Below are positions 1-14,085 of a stretch of DNA of 64,000 nt, piece by piece. A model generated the notes under the pieces. It ran no database searches, was not told where the DNA came from, and saw only the letters and a list, made by a program, of their open reading frames with translations. The translations under genes and the position numbers were made by a program. This DNA comes from the human T2T-CHM13v2.0 reference genome, Homo sapiens: the NCBI RefSeq assembly GCF_009914755.1, contig NC_060939.1. The stretch is one strand, 5' to 3'. Position 1 is the first letter of the stretch; each line of letters opens with the position of its first letter.

Positions 1-234
1 GAAAGTAAAGGGACATACAGAGAGAGAAGTTTTCTATACCTCATTTGAACTGGTAAAATGATGACATCTGTAGACTGTAATAAGATATACATCGTATACC
101 TACATACGTTTGACATATATATAATGTATATGTGTACATATATATGCAAATATACGTGTATGTTTTATATATGATGTAATACCTAGAATTACCACTCAAA
201 GAACTACATAGAGATATACTCAGAAACACTATAG

Positions 235-369
235 GGCTGACTGCAGCTGCTCAAGCCTCTAATCACAGCACTTAGGGAGGCAAAGGAAGGAGGATTGCTT
301 AAGACTAGGAGTTTGAGACCCACTTGGGCAACATAGTGAAACCTCATCTCCACGAAAAGAGAAAAAAAA
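235..369 (+). mobile_element. FLAM / free Alu left monomer
   Basis: ggctgactgcagctgctcaagcctctaatcacagcacttagggagg...ggattgcttaagactaggagtttgagacc...catctc followed by an A-rich tail. Single ~130-bp monomer. Confidence 0.8.
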
Positions 370-1339
370 TGACTATGGAAAAATCAACATTGAATTCAAA
401 AAAATGTTCAAGTGACCCACAGAAAGTCAGGAAATGAAAACAGAAATGAAAAATAGGGATAACAAAAAGCAAATAATAAAATGGTAGACATAAGCCTAAC
501 ATATTAATATTTACATTAAATATAAATGGTCCTAATAAACAGATTTAAAGACAAACATTGGCAGAGTGGATCTAAAAATGTTACCTAATGCTATAAGAAA
601 TTCACTTCAAATATAGTAATACAGACAGGTTAAAGGTAAAAAGATGTAAAAAGATACATCATGCAATCAAAAGCAAGCAAGCATGGCTATGTTAATATCA
701 GCTAAAGTGCACTTCAGAGCAAATACAATTAACAGAAACACATTATATAATGATAAAAGGATCAATCAAAAAACCATAGTAACACTAAATACAAATCTCC
801 AAAACATGTGAAATAAAACTTGTAGATATTATAGAAGAAACAGACAAATCTACAAGTACAGTTGGAGACCGCAACACCCCTCTCTCAACAAGAGATAAAA
901 TAACTGGACAGAAAATCAGCAAGTGTGTAGAAGAATTCAACATACCATCAACGAAAGGGATCTAATTGACATTTATAAAACACTCCACCCCATAAAAACA
1001 GAATACACATTCTTTTAAATTGCCCATAACACGTATACAAAATTAGACCATATACTGGGCCATTAAACAAACCTCAGAAAATTTAAAACAACTGAAATCA
1101 TTACAGTGTGTTACCTGACCACGGGAGAATAAAACTAGAATTCATTAAGAGCAAGATAACAGGAAACTCTTCAAACACTTAGAAACTCAAACCACACTTC
1201 TAAATAATATATGAATCAAAGAGGATGTCTCAAAGGAAATATAAAATATTTAACCTGCATAAAAATAAAAATACAACATACCAAAATGTGTGGCACACAG
1301 ATGAAGTAGTGCTGAGAGGTAAATTTGCAGCTCTAAATG

Positions 1340-3952
1340 CAGCAGCCTCCCACCTTTTTTGCATTAAGGACTGAGTTCGTGGAAGACAATTTTTCCCTGG
1401 ACTGAGGGTAGGGGATGGTTTGGGGATGATTCAAAATTCAAGAGCGTTCCATTTATTGTGCACTTTATTTCTATTATTATTACATTGTAATATATAATGA
1501 AATAATTGTTATGTAACCATAACAGAACTAGTGGGAGTCCTGAGCTTGTCTTCCTGCAACTAGATGATCTCCTCTGGGTATGATCGAAGACAGTGACATC
1601 TGAAGTGTTTTGCTTATGTCCAGTCTACTCAGTAATCTTGTTTTGGTTGCTGTCACTACAGAAAACCCTGCTTCACAAAGACAGGATGCTGGAAATGGAA
1701 GCAGGCTTTTCAGTGCTTTTGTGGCAATCTCTGGATATTTCACTTTGACTTTAATCCAGAACGTATGGAGATTTGTAGTCTCAAGCATACTTTTAAGGCT
1801 ATCGTCATTTGCAGTGTCAAACAGTTGATCCTCTTCTAGCATGGACACCATCAGTTCGCCTGGCTTATTCACAGATGGGTCACGGATCCATTCCTTCCCA
1901 GTTTGGGGGTCTTTTGTGGTGGGAAGCAATGCTCAAACTCCTTTGAAAGCTGAGCTAGGTGATCATGCACCACCTGGTGTAAGAAGGCCCTGCCTCCATC
2001 ACTTTCAAAATCTGGGCAAGTGTTTAAAACATGTCAGAAATCCCAGTGTTCACTCATTGCCCATAATTCCAGTTTGACTTTGAATGCAGCCACTTTATCT
2101 ACTGAAATGAACACAGTTGTCATTCTCCCCTGAAGTGACAGATTGAGTTTGTGTAGCATGTTGAATAATATATCACCCAAGGAAGCAAGTTTTGAGACTT
2201 ATTCTGTGTCGCTGAAACGTGCTGCCAGTGGTAACTGTTTTTCTGAAAGAAATCTCTGGAGTGGCTTTCATAATTCAAAAACTGGCCAGTGATCTACCTT
2301 TAGAAAGCCATCTCACGTCTGTGCATAAGACCTGTGTGTGCTCTGCGTCCATCTCCTCACAGAGTTGTGTGAACATATGTGAGTTAAGGGCATGTACTTT
2401 AATGTGGTTGATAATTTTAATCACATCCTGCAAAACATTTTTAAGTTCAGGTGACATTTTTCAGCTAGCCAGCATTTCTGTATGGCTGACACAGTGCATA
2501 GATTCACATTCAGAAGTGACCTCTCTGACCCAAGTAGTGAAACCAGAAAGCTGTCCAGTCATGGCAGCCACTCCATCCATGCATGTACTGATACAAAATG
2601 ATCAATTCAGTTTTCCTGATATGTAATCATTCAAAGACTTGAATAGTTCTGCAGGTGTTTGTCTGCAACAAAAGTGCGCATAACATATCCTCATGCACAT
2701 CCACCTGAAAATGTATAACACAAAAACAATCATTTTTGCCTTTTTGTCAACATCGGTAGACCTGTCAACCTGGATTGTGTATCATGGTGATTCATTAATT
2801 CTCTCTAACAATTGTGTCTCAATATCCTCTGCTATTTCATTACTTTATCTAGTTACAGTGCCAGCCAAAAGAGGAACACGTGTCCCCTTTTGAACTACAG
2901 CCTCTCCTAAAATTTCATGACGAATGTCCTTAGCAGCAGGCAGGATCAACTCTTCACCAATAGTAAAGGGCTTCTTAGCGTTAGCAATGAGATTAGCCAC
3001 TAAGAATGTTGCTCTCAATGCAGACACATTTGATGAAGTGGTGGCCTTCAATAATTGCATCTGTTCTTCCTGTTCACATTTAAAAAAAAAAAAAAAAAAA
3101 ACTCCAAAGGCTTGTCTTTTAATGCAGGGTGCTTAGTCTCCATGTGGTGAAGCAGTTTTGCAGGTTTTATGGCTTTGTCGGATGGCTAGTTACCACATAT
3201 TATACAAAGCGTTCTTGAAGAATGTGAATCACCTGTTGCAATGAACCTGTACTCTAAATAGGACTCTTGGTATTTTGTTTTAAACGCAGCTTTCTTTTTG
3301 TTGGCGGTCTCAGAGTCTCACCATTAGATCTTTCCCCCTTTTCAAAGAAGCTCTCTGGTGATATTTGCTTTTTACTCATTTTGCCTAGGGTTAGCTTGTG
3401 GGGTTACCAAAACTGTAACTGAGGTAAGTGTGCAGTGAGGAAAAGAGGCACAGACGAAAGTGGTAAATATTCTACGGACCACATATGGACTAAAATAAGT
3501 GCTGGATTCTGATTTAAGGCCTGCCACCAGACGTAGCCATACAATGGAAGTACGTTAACTCACTTGCTGCTATAAAGCCTGCCACTGGAAGCAGCTTAAT
3601 TGTCACTTGCCACTTGCTGATAGGGTTTTGATATGAATCTGCAAGCAGTTGATTTATTATGGTCTCTGTGCATTTATTATTTGCAGCTGCTCCCCAGCAC
3701 TAGCATTACCACCTCAGCTCTACCTCAGATCATCAGGGATTAGATTATCATAAGGAGCACACAGTCTAGATCCCTCACACACACTGTTTACGATAGGGTT
3801 TGTGCTCCTATGAGAAACTAATGCCACCGCTGATCTGATAGGAGGCAAAGCTCAGGTGGTAATGCAAGCAATGAGGAACAGTTGTAAATAGAGATGAAGC
3901 TTCACTCTCTTGCCCGCAGCTCACCTCCTGTGGTGTGGCCTGCTTCCTAACA
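1340..3952 (-). mobile_element. Charlie3 (MER1-family hAT DNA transposon), near full length
   Basis: 1340-1430 matches the MER1 terminus (CAGCGGTCCCCAACCTTTTTGGCAC...GGAAGACAATTTTTCC). 3720-3952 matches the opposite MER1A arm. A transposase remnant lies between them. Confidence 0.88.
1528..3379 (-). pseudogene. Disrupted hAT/Buster-type transposase of Charlie3
   Basis: ATG at 3379 (MSKKQISPESFFEKGE). Fragments KKPFTIGEELILPAAKDI, NVLQDVIKIINHIKVHALNS...TDVRWLSKG and FWIKVKVKYPEIATKALKSLLPFPASCLCEAGFS (hAT C-terminal dimerisation motif). Broken by stops and frameshifts. Confidence 0.88.
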
Positions 3953-6900
3953 GAAATTGTGAGGAATTGAACTCAGTGTTGTCCTGTTAGAGCAGAAAGA
4001 AAAACCAGACCAAACTCAGCTGATGCTCGCCCATGGAGAAGCATTTACCACACTCATAGCCAGAAGGGAATCCCCTAGTGGTTCGAACTTGAGTGCCTGC
4101 AAACCTAGCCACTAAGGGCTACAGCATTTTGTGTCTCCAAGCAAACTTGAAAGGCAGTCTAGGCCATAAGGACTGAAACTCTTAGGCAAGCCCTAGGGCT
4201 GAAATAGGCCCAGAGACAGTGGACTGTGGAGGCGGAGCATGTGACCTACTGAGATGCTGCCTGGGGCAGCTAAGGGAGTGCTGTCATCATCCCTCCCCTA
4301 GTCCCAGACTACACAGTTCATGGCTCCAAAAGAGACCTCCTGGGGAGGACTTTGTCTTGCATCTAGGATACCAGCTCAGTCACAGCAGGATAGGGCACTG
4401 AACATGTTTGCAATCTACCCATCTGACAAAGGTCTAATATCCAGAATCTACAAGGAATTTAAATTTACAAGAAAAAAACAACCCCATCAAAAAGTAGGCA
4501 AAGTATATGGACACAGGGAGGGGAACACCACTCACCAGGGCCTGTCAGAGGATGGGGGTCAAAGGGAGAAAGAGCATTGGGACAAATACCTAATGCATGT
4601 GGGGCTTAAAACCTAGATGATGGGTTGATAGGTGCAGCAAACCACCATGGCACATGCATATCTAGGTAATAAACCTGCACAGTCTACACATGTATCCCAG
4701 AACTTAAAGTAAAAACAAACAAACAAACAAACAAAACTAGAAAAGCAAGAACAAAGTAAATTCAAAATTAGGGAAAGAAAAGAAGCAATAAGTATCAGAT
4801 CAGAAATAAATAAAATTGAAATTAAAAAATATAAAAAATCAATAAAACAAAAAAATGTTTTTGAAAAGTTAAACACAGTGGACAAATCTTTAGCCAGACT
4901 AACTAAGAAATAAAGAGAGGAGGTCTAAATCAATAAAATCAGAAATGAAAAAGAAGACATTACAACAGATACTACAGAAATTAAAAGGATTATTAATGGC
5001 TACTGTGAAGAACTACATGCCAATAAATTGGAAAACCTAGAAGAAATTTAAAAATTCCCAGAAACATACAAACTACCAAAATTAAACCATGAAGAAATCT
5101 AAAACCTGAACAAATCAATAATGAGTACTGAGATTGGAGCCATAATAAAAAGTCTCCCAGTAAAGAAAAACCTGGGACCTGATGACTTCCATGCTGAATT
5201 CTAACAGACATTTAAAGAACAAATACCAATCCTACTCAAACTTTTTGGAAAAATAGGGGAGAAGGGAATACTTCCAAACTTATTCTATGAGGCCAGTATT
5301 ACCCTGATACCAAAACCAGAGACACATCAAAAAAAGAAAACTACAGGCCAATAGCTCTGATGAATTCTGATGTAAAAATACTTGACAAAATACTAGCAAA
5401 CCAAATTCAACAATATATTAGAAAGATCTTTCATCATGACAAAGTGAGAGTTATTCCAGAGATGGAAGAATGGCTTAACATATGCAAATCAATGTGATAC
5501 ATCATGTCAACAAAATGAAAGATAAAAATCATATCATCATTTCAATTGATGCTGAAAAAGCATTTGATAAAATTTAACATCCCTTCATAATAAAAACTTG
5601 AAAATATACCTTAACAAAATAAAAGCCATATGTGACAGACCCATACCTAGTATTATACTAAATGGGGAAAAACTGAAAGCCTTTTCTCTGAGATCTGGAA
5701 CACGACAAGGATGCCAGCTTTCACTATGTTATTCTACATAAGTCCTGGAAATCCTAGCTAGAGCAATCAGTGAAGAGAAAAAATAAAGGGCATACAAATT
5801 GGAAAGGAATAAGTAAAATTAGCCTTGTTTGCAGATGATATAATGTTATATTTGAAAAAACCTAAACATTCCACATAAAAAGTATTAGAACTCACAAGCA
5901 AATTCAGTAAAGTTTCAGGATACAAAGTCAACATACAAAAATCAGTAGTATTTCTATATTTCAAGCAAACGATCTGAAAAACAAATCAAGAAAGTAATTC
6001 CATTTTCAACAGCTAAAAATAACATATCTAGGAATTAACCAAGGAAGTGAAAGATCTCTATAATGAAAAGGATAAAACATTGATGAAAGAAATTGAAGAG
6101 GAGGGGACACCAAAAAATAGAAAAATAATTAATGTTTGTGGATTGAAAGAATCAATATTGTTAAAATATCCATACTACCAAAAGCAACCTACAGATTCAA
6201 TGCAATCCCTATCAAAATACCAATGACATTCTTTACAGAAATATTTTTAAAAATCCTAAAATTTATATCAAAGCACAAAAGACCTAGAATAGCCAAAGCT
6301 ATCCTAAGAAAAAAGAAACAAATTGGAGGAATCACATTATGTTACTTCAGATTATACTACAGAGCTATAATAACCAAAAGAACATTGTACTGGCATAACA
6401 ACAGACACATAGACCAATGGAACAGAATAGAGAATCCAGAAACAAATTCATAAACCTACAGTGAACTCATTTTTGACAAAGGTGCCAAAAGCACACACTA
6501 AGGAAAAGACAGTCTCTTCAATAAATGTTGCTGGGAAAACTGGATATCCATATTCAGAAGAATGAACTAGACTCTACCTATCGTCATGTGCAAAAATCAA
6601 GTCAAAATGGATTAAAGACTTATATTTAAGACCTCAAAAATACTACAGGAAAACATTGGGAAAAGTCTCCAGGACATTGGTCTGGGCAAAGATTTCTTGA
6701 ACAATACCCTATAAGTATGGGCAGCCAAAGCAAAAATTGACAAATAGGATCACATCAAATTAAAAAGCTTCTGCGCAGCAAATGATACAGTCAACAAAGT
6801 GAACAGACAATCCACAGAATGGGAGAAAATATTTGACAGGGGATTAATAACCAGAATATTTAAGGAGCTCAAAGAACTCTATAGAAAAAAATCTAATAAC

Positions 6901-7856
6901 CCAATCAAAAAGATAGGCAAAAATTTTAATAGACATTTCTCAAGAGAAGATATACAAATGGCAAACAGGCATATGAAAAGGTACTCAACATCATTGAGCA
7001 TCAGAGAAATGCAAATCAAAACTACGATGAGATATTATCTCACCCCAGCTAAAATTACTTTTATCCAAAAGACAGGCAATAACAAATGCTGGCAAAGATG
7101 TGGAGAAAAGGGTACCCTTGTACACTGTTCATGGGAACATAAATTAGTACAACCACTGTAGAGAACAGTATGGAAGTTCCTCAAAAACCTAAAAATTGAG
7201 CTACCATATGATCCAGCAATACCACTGCTAGGTATATATGGAAAAGAAAGGAAACCAGTACATTGTAGAGATATCTGCACTCCTATGTTTGTTGTGGCAC
7301 TGTTTATTTACAATAGCTAAGATCTGGAAGTAATCTAAGTGTCCATCAACAGATGAATGGATAAAGAAAATGTGGTACATATACACAATAGAGATTCAGC
7401 CATAAACAAAGAATGAGATCCAGTTGTTTGCAACATCATGGATGGAACTGGAGATTATTATGTTAAGTGAAATAAGTCAGGCACAGAAAGACAAATATCA
7501 CATGCTCTCACTAATTTGGGAAATCTAAAAATTAAATCAATTGAACTCATGGACATAGAGAGTAGAAGGATGTTTATTAGAGGCTGAGAAGGGTAGTGGG
7601 AGGGTTGGGAGGAGGTGGGGATGGTTAATGGGTACAAAAAAAATAGTTAGAAAGAATGAATAAGACCTGCTATTTGATAGAACAACAGGGTGACTGTAGC
7701 CAATAATAACTTAATTGGGTATTTTAAAGTAACTTAAAGAGTATGTTTGGATTGTTTGTAACACAAAGGATAAATGCTTGAGGGGATGGATACCCCATTT
7801 TCCATGATGTGCTTATTTCACATTGCATGCCTGTATCAAAACATCTCATATGCCCC

Positions 7857-7888
<32 letters not shown>

Positions 7889-7920
7889 CTACTATGTACC
7901 CACAAAAAGTTTTTTAAAAA
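3953..7920 (+). mobile_element. L1MA1/L1MA2-like element: 5'UTR piece (3953-4400) plus ORF2 and 3'UTR (4737-7920)
   Basis: ORF2 peptides at 6136-6453 and 6799-7161. 3'UTR ggatggataccccattttccatgatgtgcttatttcacattgcatgcc...actatgtacccacaaaaa. L1M/PB-type 5'UTR at 3953-4400. Confidence 0.85.
4401..4736 (+). mobile_element. Short L1PA7/8-like 3' fragment with an internal deletion
   Basis: ORF2 3' piece (tttgcaatctacccatctgacaaagg) joined directly to the 3'UTR (ggacacagggagggg...ggggcttaaaacctagatga...cccagaacttaaagt), with an (AAAC)n tail. Confidence 0.85.
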
Positions 7921-10217
7921 CTTCCAATTTAGACCAAAGACAAGAAAAGAGGAACAAGTCTCAAATTAATAAACTAAACACTACCACCAAAAAAGAAAAT
8001 GAAGATCAACCTAAACCCAAAGCAAGGAAAAGAAAGGAAAAAAGATAAAAGGCAGAAATGAATGAAATCGAAAACAGAAAAATTATAGAGAAAATTAATA
8101 AAACAAATATCTGGTTCTTTGAGATCAATAAAATTGAAAAACCTTTAAGGAAGGCTGAGAAAGAAAAAACAGAAGACACAAATTACCAATATCAGGAATG
8201 AAACAGAGGATACCATTACTATGCCTTCAGAAAACAAAAGGATTGTGAATACTATGAACAACTCTATCCATATAAATTTAATAACATAGATAAAATTGTT
8301 TAATTCCTTAAATTACAGAAATGACCACCTCTCACCTAATATGAGATAGATTATTTGAATAGCCTTATAAATAATAAGAAAGTTGAGTTCATAATTTTAA
8401 AACTTCCCCCCAAAAAATCTCTTGTGGTCAAGATTGTTTTACCAGAGAATTTTACTAAAGATTTCAAGGAAAATGAATTCTGATTCTATTACACTCTTTT
8501 CCAGAAAATAGAAGCACCTTCATTTTTCGAAACTTGTATTACCCTGAAACCAAAACCAGACAAACAGAATGTAAAACAAAAGAGAGGAGCGGGGGAAGAG
8601 GGAGACAAAAGGAGGGAGGGAGAGAAGAAAGAAAACTATAGACTGATGTTCCTCATAAACATAGATGCAAAATCATTAACCAAATATTAGCATACAGAAT
8701 TCAACAATATATACAAAGAACCATATAGTGTAACCAAATAGAATTTATTTCAGAGATGCAAGCCTGGCTCAATATATGGAAAACAATAAATATAATCCAG
8801 CATATAAAAAAGCTAAAGAAGTAATTTATATAATCATATCATTTCATGCAGAAAAATCACTTATCAAAATTCAACACCTGTTCAGGATTTAAAAAAAAAA
8901 AACTTCACAAAAATAGAAGTAGAAACTTTCTCACCTTGATAAAGCACATCTACCACAAAACCTACAGCTAACATTATAATTAATGAGAAAAGATTAAATG
9001 CTCTTCTCTTACTATGGGAACACAACAAAGATGTCAACTCGCAACACTCTTGTTCAACATTGTTCTGAAAGTTCTATCCAGCTCAATAAATCAAGAAAAG
9101 GAAATGAAAAGTATACAGATCAGAAAGGAAGAAATAAAACTGTCTCTCTTTAAAAATGACATGACTATCTATTTAGAAAAAATAGATGAAAAACTACAAA
9201 AACTTATAAACTAATGAGTTCAGCAGCGTTGTAGGGTACACAAAAAACATAAGAAAATCAATTGTATTTCTACATACTAGCAATGAAAATATGAATGCCA
9301 AAATTAAAAATACAGTGTAATTTACAGTATCTAAAAATGATATTCTTAGGTATCAGTCTAACAAAATATGGACAAGATATGAATACTAAAAATGAAAACA
9401 ACACTAATGCAATAAATCAAAGAAAGACCTAAATAAATGGAGAGACATACTAATAGCTAAAGCAATTTTGATAAAGAAGAATAAAGTGAGAGAAATCAGT
9501 CTATCTAATGCAAGACTTAGTATATAACATGAGACAAAACTGTATAACATCAGTAAAAGGACTGACATGTAGATTAAATAAACAAAATAGACAACTTAGA
9601 AGTAAATTCAATTCATTTCTGACAAAAGTCCAAAAGCAAATTTATGGACAGCCTGTTCAACAAATCATGATGAAACAATTGGACATTCTTAAGGGAAAAA
9701 AAAAAAAAACATGGTTTAAACCTCACACGTTACATAAAACTTACGTCAAAATTGATCACAGACTTAAATATAAAATATAAAATTACTAAAAAACAACAGA
9801 GAAGAAAATCATTGTTATCTAGGCCTAAACAAAAAATTAGTAGGCTTAACACCATAAGCACATTCTATAAAAGGAAAACTTTTTAAATTGGACTTCATTG
9901 AAATTGAAAATTTTTACTCTACAAAAGATCCCATTCCTCTTAGAGAAAGAGTGGGAGAAAGTATTTGCATACCACATATCTGAACAAAAAGCTAGTATCT
10001 AGAATATATAAAGAATTCTCAAAGCTCAGCAGTAAAATGAAGAAACAATCCAACTAGAAACTGGGCAAAAAAACATAAAGAGACATTTCAATGAAAAGGA
10101 TATACAGCTGACAAAGTAATTGAACAATGTCATTAGCCATTAAGAAAATGCGTATTAAAGCCACAGTGAGATATTACTACACACCAAATGGAATGTCTAA
10201 AATAAAAAATAGCATCA

Positions 10218-10538
10218 GGCCGGGCGCGGTGGCTCACGCCTGTAATCCTAGCACTTTGGGAGGCTGAGGCGGGCGAATCACGAGGTCAGGAGATTGAGAC
10301 CATCCTGGCTAACACGGTGAAACCCTGTCTCTACTAAAAATACAAAAAATTAGCCGGGCGTGGTGGCGGGCGCCTGTAGTCCCAGTTACTTGGGAGGCTG
10401 AGGCAGGAGAATGGCGTGAACCCTGGAGGCGGAGCTTGCAGAGAGCTGGAGCTTGCAGTGAGCCGAGATCCCATCACTGCACTCCAGCCTGGGCCACAGA
10501 GTGAGACTCCGTCTCAAAAAAAAAAAAAAAAAAAAAAA
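10218..10538 (+). mobile_element. AluY
   Basis: gagaccatcctggctaacacggtg and gagaatggcgtgaacc diagnostics, A23 tail, flanking repeat aatagcatca on both sides, 17-bp internal duplication. Confidence 0.95.
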
Positions 10539-10689
10539 GTAAAATAGTAATAATAATAATAGCATCAACACCACATGCTAGTAAGGATGCAGAGAAACTG
10601 GATCGCCCATAAGCTGCTGCTAGAAATGTAAAATGATATTGCTCTCCTGGAAAACACTTTTTGATGGCTTCTTAAAAAACAAAATCTGC

Positions 10690-10987
<298 letters not shown>

Positions 10988-12664
10988 TTATATGACCCAA
11001 TATTTGTATTCCTAAGCATTTATCATAGGGAAATAAAAATTTACATTCACGGAGAATTTGTATGTAAATAAATATAGCAGTTTTACTCTAATAGCCCCAA
11101 ACTGGAAAGAATCCAGATATCCTGTAGTGGAAAAATGATTACACATATGTGGTACATCCATACCATGGAATGCTACTGCTCAGCACTAAAAGGTTTTAAA
11201 CAATAGATACATGCCTTAACATGAATGAATTTCTAAAAATTTTATGCTGTGAAAAAAGTCAATACCGAAAGGTTATAAACTGTATGAATCAAAACTTCAG
11301 AAGTGCAAGCCTCCTTTTCTTCTTTGTTTATACTGTCCAGCGGTATGAAAGGCAGCTGCCTCACTCTCTCTTCCTTGAAGATCCTATGCCCAACAAACTT
11401 TTTAATTTTAGTGATATCAGGGTCTCCACCCTGACCCTCAGTGGACACTTTTTTTTCTGGTGACCACATGCAGTCATGTAATCATTTCATCAACAGAAAA
11501 TATTTATTTGAATGTGGCTTCCAGAATCCTATTCTTTAATATAAAGAATTTTAAAATTATCTTCAGCCCCAACTAAACTCAACAGTCAATCCCAGACCAA
11601 TGCTGCTATCTAGCCTCTATCCTGCGCCTTAGGGTATATGGCCTTTTAAGACACTCTTGCACCCCATACAGTAGATGTCTGTGTCTGGAAGGATGCCTGG
11701 TTATATACAATAAAGTCCAATTCCGCCTAAGGAAGGCTGTCTTAGGAGGAGACCCAGTAACTCCCAGAATTGATGGGAAGCTGAAGAACTAAGCTTAGAG
11801 AATGAACTGAGATGAGAGAGACCAGACGAAAGGAAATACAGTCCAGGTAGTTTCCTCTATAGGGACCATCTGGTCAGGATATCTCTGCCAGCAGCACCAT
11901 CAATAGACATCAACATAATTGTTGTAGGATGCCTGATGCTACCATGGCACCATAAATGATATCTCAACTGTCACTATGTAGGACAGGGACACTTCTTCAG
12001 GGATCTAAATCCCAAACAAGAACATCCAGTTGGCTTCAGTGTGACCAAGTCATGAGCTTTTAAGGTTTATTTGACTTCTCCCTAATAATTATGCTATCTT
12101 ACCTCCTGTGCATGACCATTAATATCTCAGTAAATTAATGTCTGGATAGAGGTAAGAGATAATGAATGGGTGAAATGGAATTGTTTGATTAAAAGGGGTG
12201 GATTAAAAATCATCTATTATTATGTTTTTTATTTGCTACTATGTATTGATTGAGAGAAGCGATGGAAATCTCAGTCCAAACTGATGCATTTTACATGAAA
12301 TTTATTGGATTACCTAATGGAAAAAGTTCAGGATCAATCTGAGTTTAACTACTAATTAATCAAGAGATCAATGGCTAGGCCTTGTTTTTTCTCCACTTTT
12401 CAAAACCCATTCCTGCATAAATCATTCAGATTCCTTCTGAGATGCCACACGGTGACAAGAGGGATGCTGCTACTCCGGGACCCTCATCTTCTCAGCTTCA
12501 AGCCAAGTGGTAAGAGGAATAGTGTCTTGCCGAGGAGACCAGTAAAACCTTCAGTGTTTCTCTTTATCTTTGCCTGGAGCCCATGGCCAAACTTTGACCT
12601 GTCACCATGGCCAGTGTAATGTTCTGCTTTGAATGGCCAGGCTAGTCCCACTCCAGACTCTTAG

Positions 12665-13390
12665 CGCGGGCCAGAGCAAGATTATAGATGGAGACCTATA
12701 TACCATATGTTGAAATATTTTAATGGTATAAACCAAATTATCTGCTAAGTAAAATATGTTCTGTTCTCTTACCTTGGCAATATATCATCATAATAACATT
12801 TTGCATTTAGAATTCCCAGACTATTTGGGGTCTTTCTCTGGAATGCAGCATCACAGAGGAAGGTAGCACAAAGCGTGACTCATTCTCTTTCCTTCCCTGG
12901 CTCTACTCTATAGCAGGAGGGGCCTCACATGCACATATGTCGACACCCCTGCCTGTACAACCATGTTTGGTCCACACAACCACAAAAAACCACCTCTTAC
13001 CCACTCCTGAGCCAAGTGTAAGCATAAGCATGCTAGCTGAAGGATCTGCCTTCAGAAGGGGGAAGAGACTACCACATTGCTTGTAAGGAGTGAGGATGTT
13101 TAGGTAGGTAATTTTGGAAGCCTAGAAACCTAGATCTAGAACATTTACTATAACAGGAAGTAGGGGCTCCAGTTGGGCACAGCAGCTTGGCCCAGTGCGC
13201 GCTCTACACCATGGAGACGAATATGATGGAAGAAGGGCAAAGCAAGGCCCTCTGGGCACAGGGTGCAGGGCAGGACCTTCTTGCCCAGATCCAACGGCAG
13301 TACTGAACAAAGTGCAAGCTGCTCCTCCTCCCCTGTAGCCAGGGGTGGAATCAATGCCATCAGAAGCACAGGGCCTGAGAGTCTATGAAT
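12665..13390. mobile_element. Probable ancient hAT-Tip100-like DNA transposon fragments
   Basis: gggccagagcaagattatagatggagacctatataccatatg... and a GC-rich gggcccc-type end segment resemble Tip100-family remnants. Family not resolved. Confidence 0.35.
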
Positions 13391-13934
13391 GTGGATGTAG
13401 GAGTCCAATATCTCAGAAAAATATTGAAAGCAGTTTTTGGAAGTAAGGTAAATGGATATTGAGTGGCTAAGAAGCAGCAAATATTAACATTTGACATCCA
13501 ATATGCTTTAAAATTAGAATTTTTAAAAAAATCTCTTCTGCACGATCTGGGCAGGGCTCTCTCCATTCTCCCCCATGGGTCCCTTCCCCTCCAGTTTATG
13601 TGATTTCTTTTACTTCATTGAACTTTTTTCTCTCTCTCTCTCTGTTCTTTTCTTGTGTTAGCTTTCTTTCACCGCTCTGTCTTCACAATGGCTTTTCCCT
13701 CTTTCAAGCTCACTTGTGTCTCTTTTTCCCTTTTCCTTTATTTAAATAAACATTAATCATCCTTTAACTTTTAACAGAAAAAGTAGTTATTTTTAGGATG
13801 CCTTTTATGACTCACCAAGACAGGGTTAGGTCCCCTGGATTTGCAATCTCACAAGAGGCTGTAGCGTCATTGAAAGTCAAAGCATTTGTACAAAGATGTA
13901 TTCTGGCAAATTCGAATTCCATGGACCATCATCT

Positions 13935-14085
13935 TTCACTCTCATCACAACTTTATGAAGTGCTTGGTATTATCACTGTTTGGAAGATGAAGACATGGAG
14001 TCCTCAAGGCTTCGGGGATTTGTCCTAGGCTACAGTGGGTAGCAATGGTAGGTGCCAATTTTCTGATCCTAAGTACCCTGAGCTT
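13935..14085 (-). mobile_element. MIR fragment
   Basis: ctcatcacaactttatgaag...tattatcactgtttggaagatgaagacatggagtc, the MIR core in reverse orientation. Confidence 0.6.

Noticed and set aside
1528-3379. Domesticated Buster/ZBED-type gene
   Set aside because: Multiple stops and frameshifts, and it is still bounded by transposon ends.
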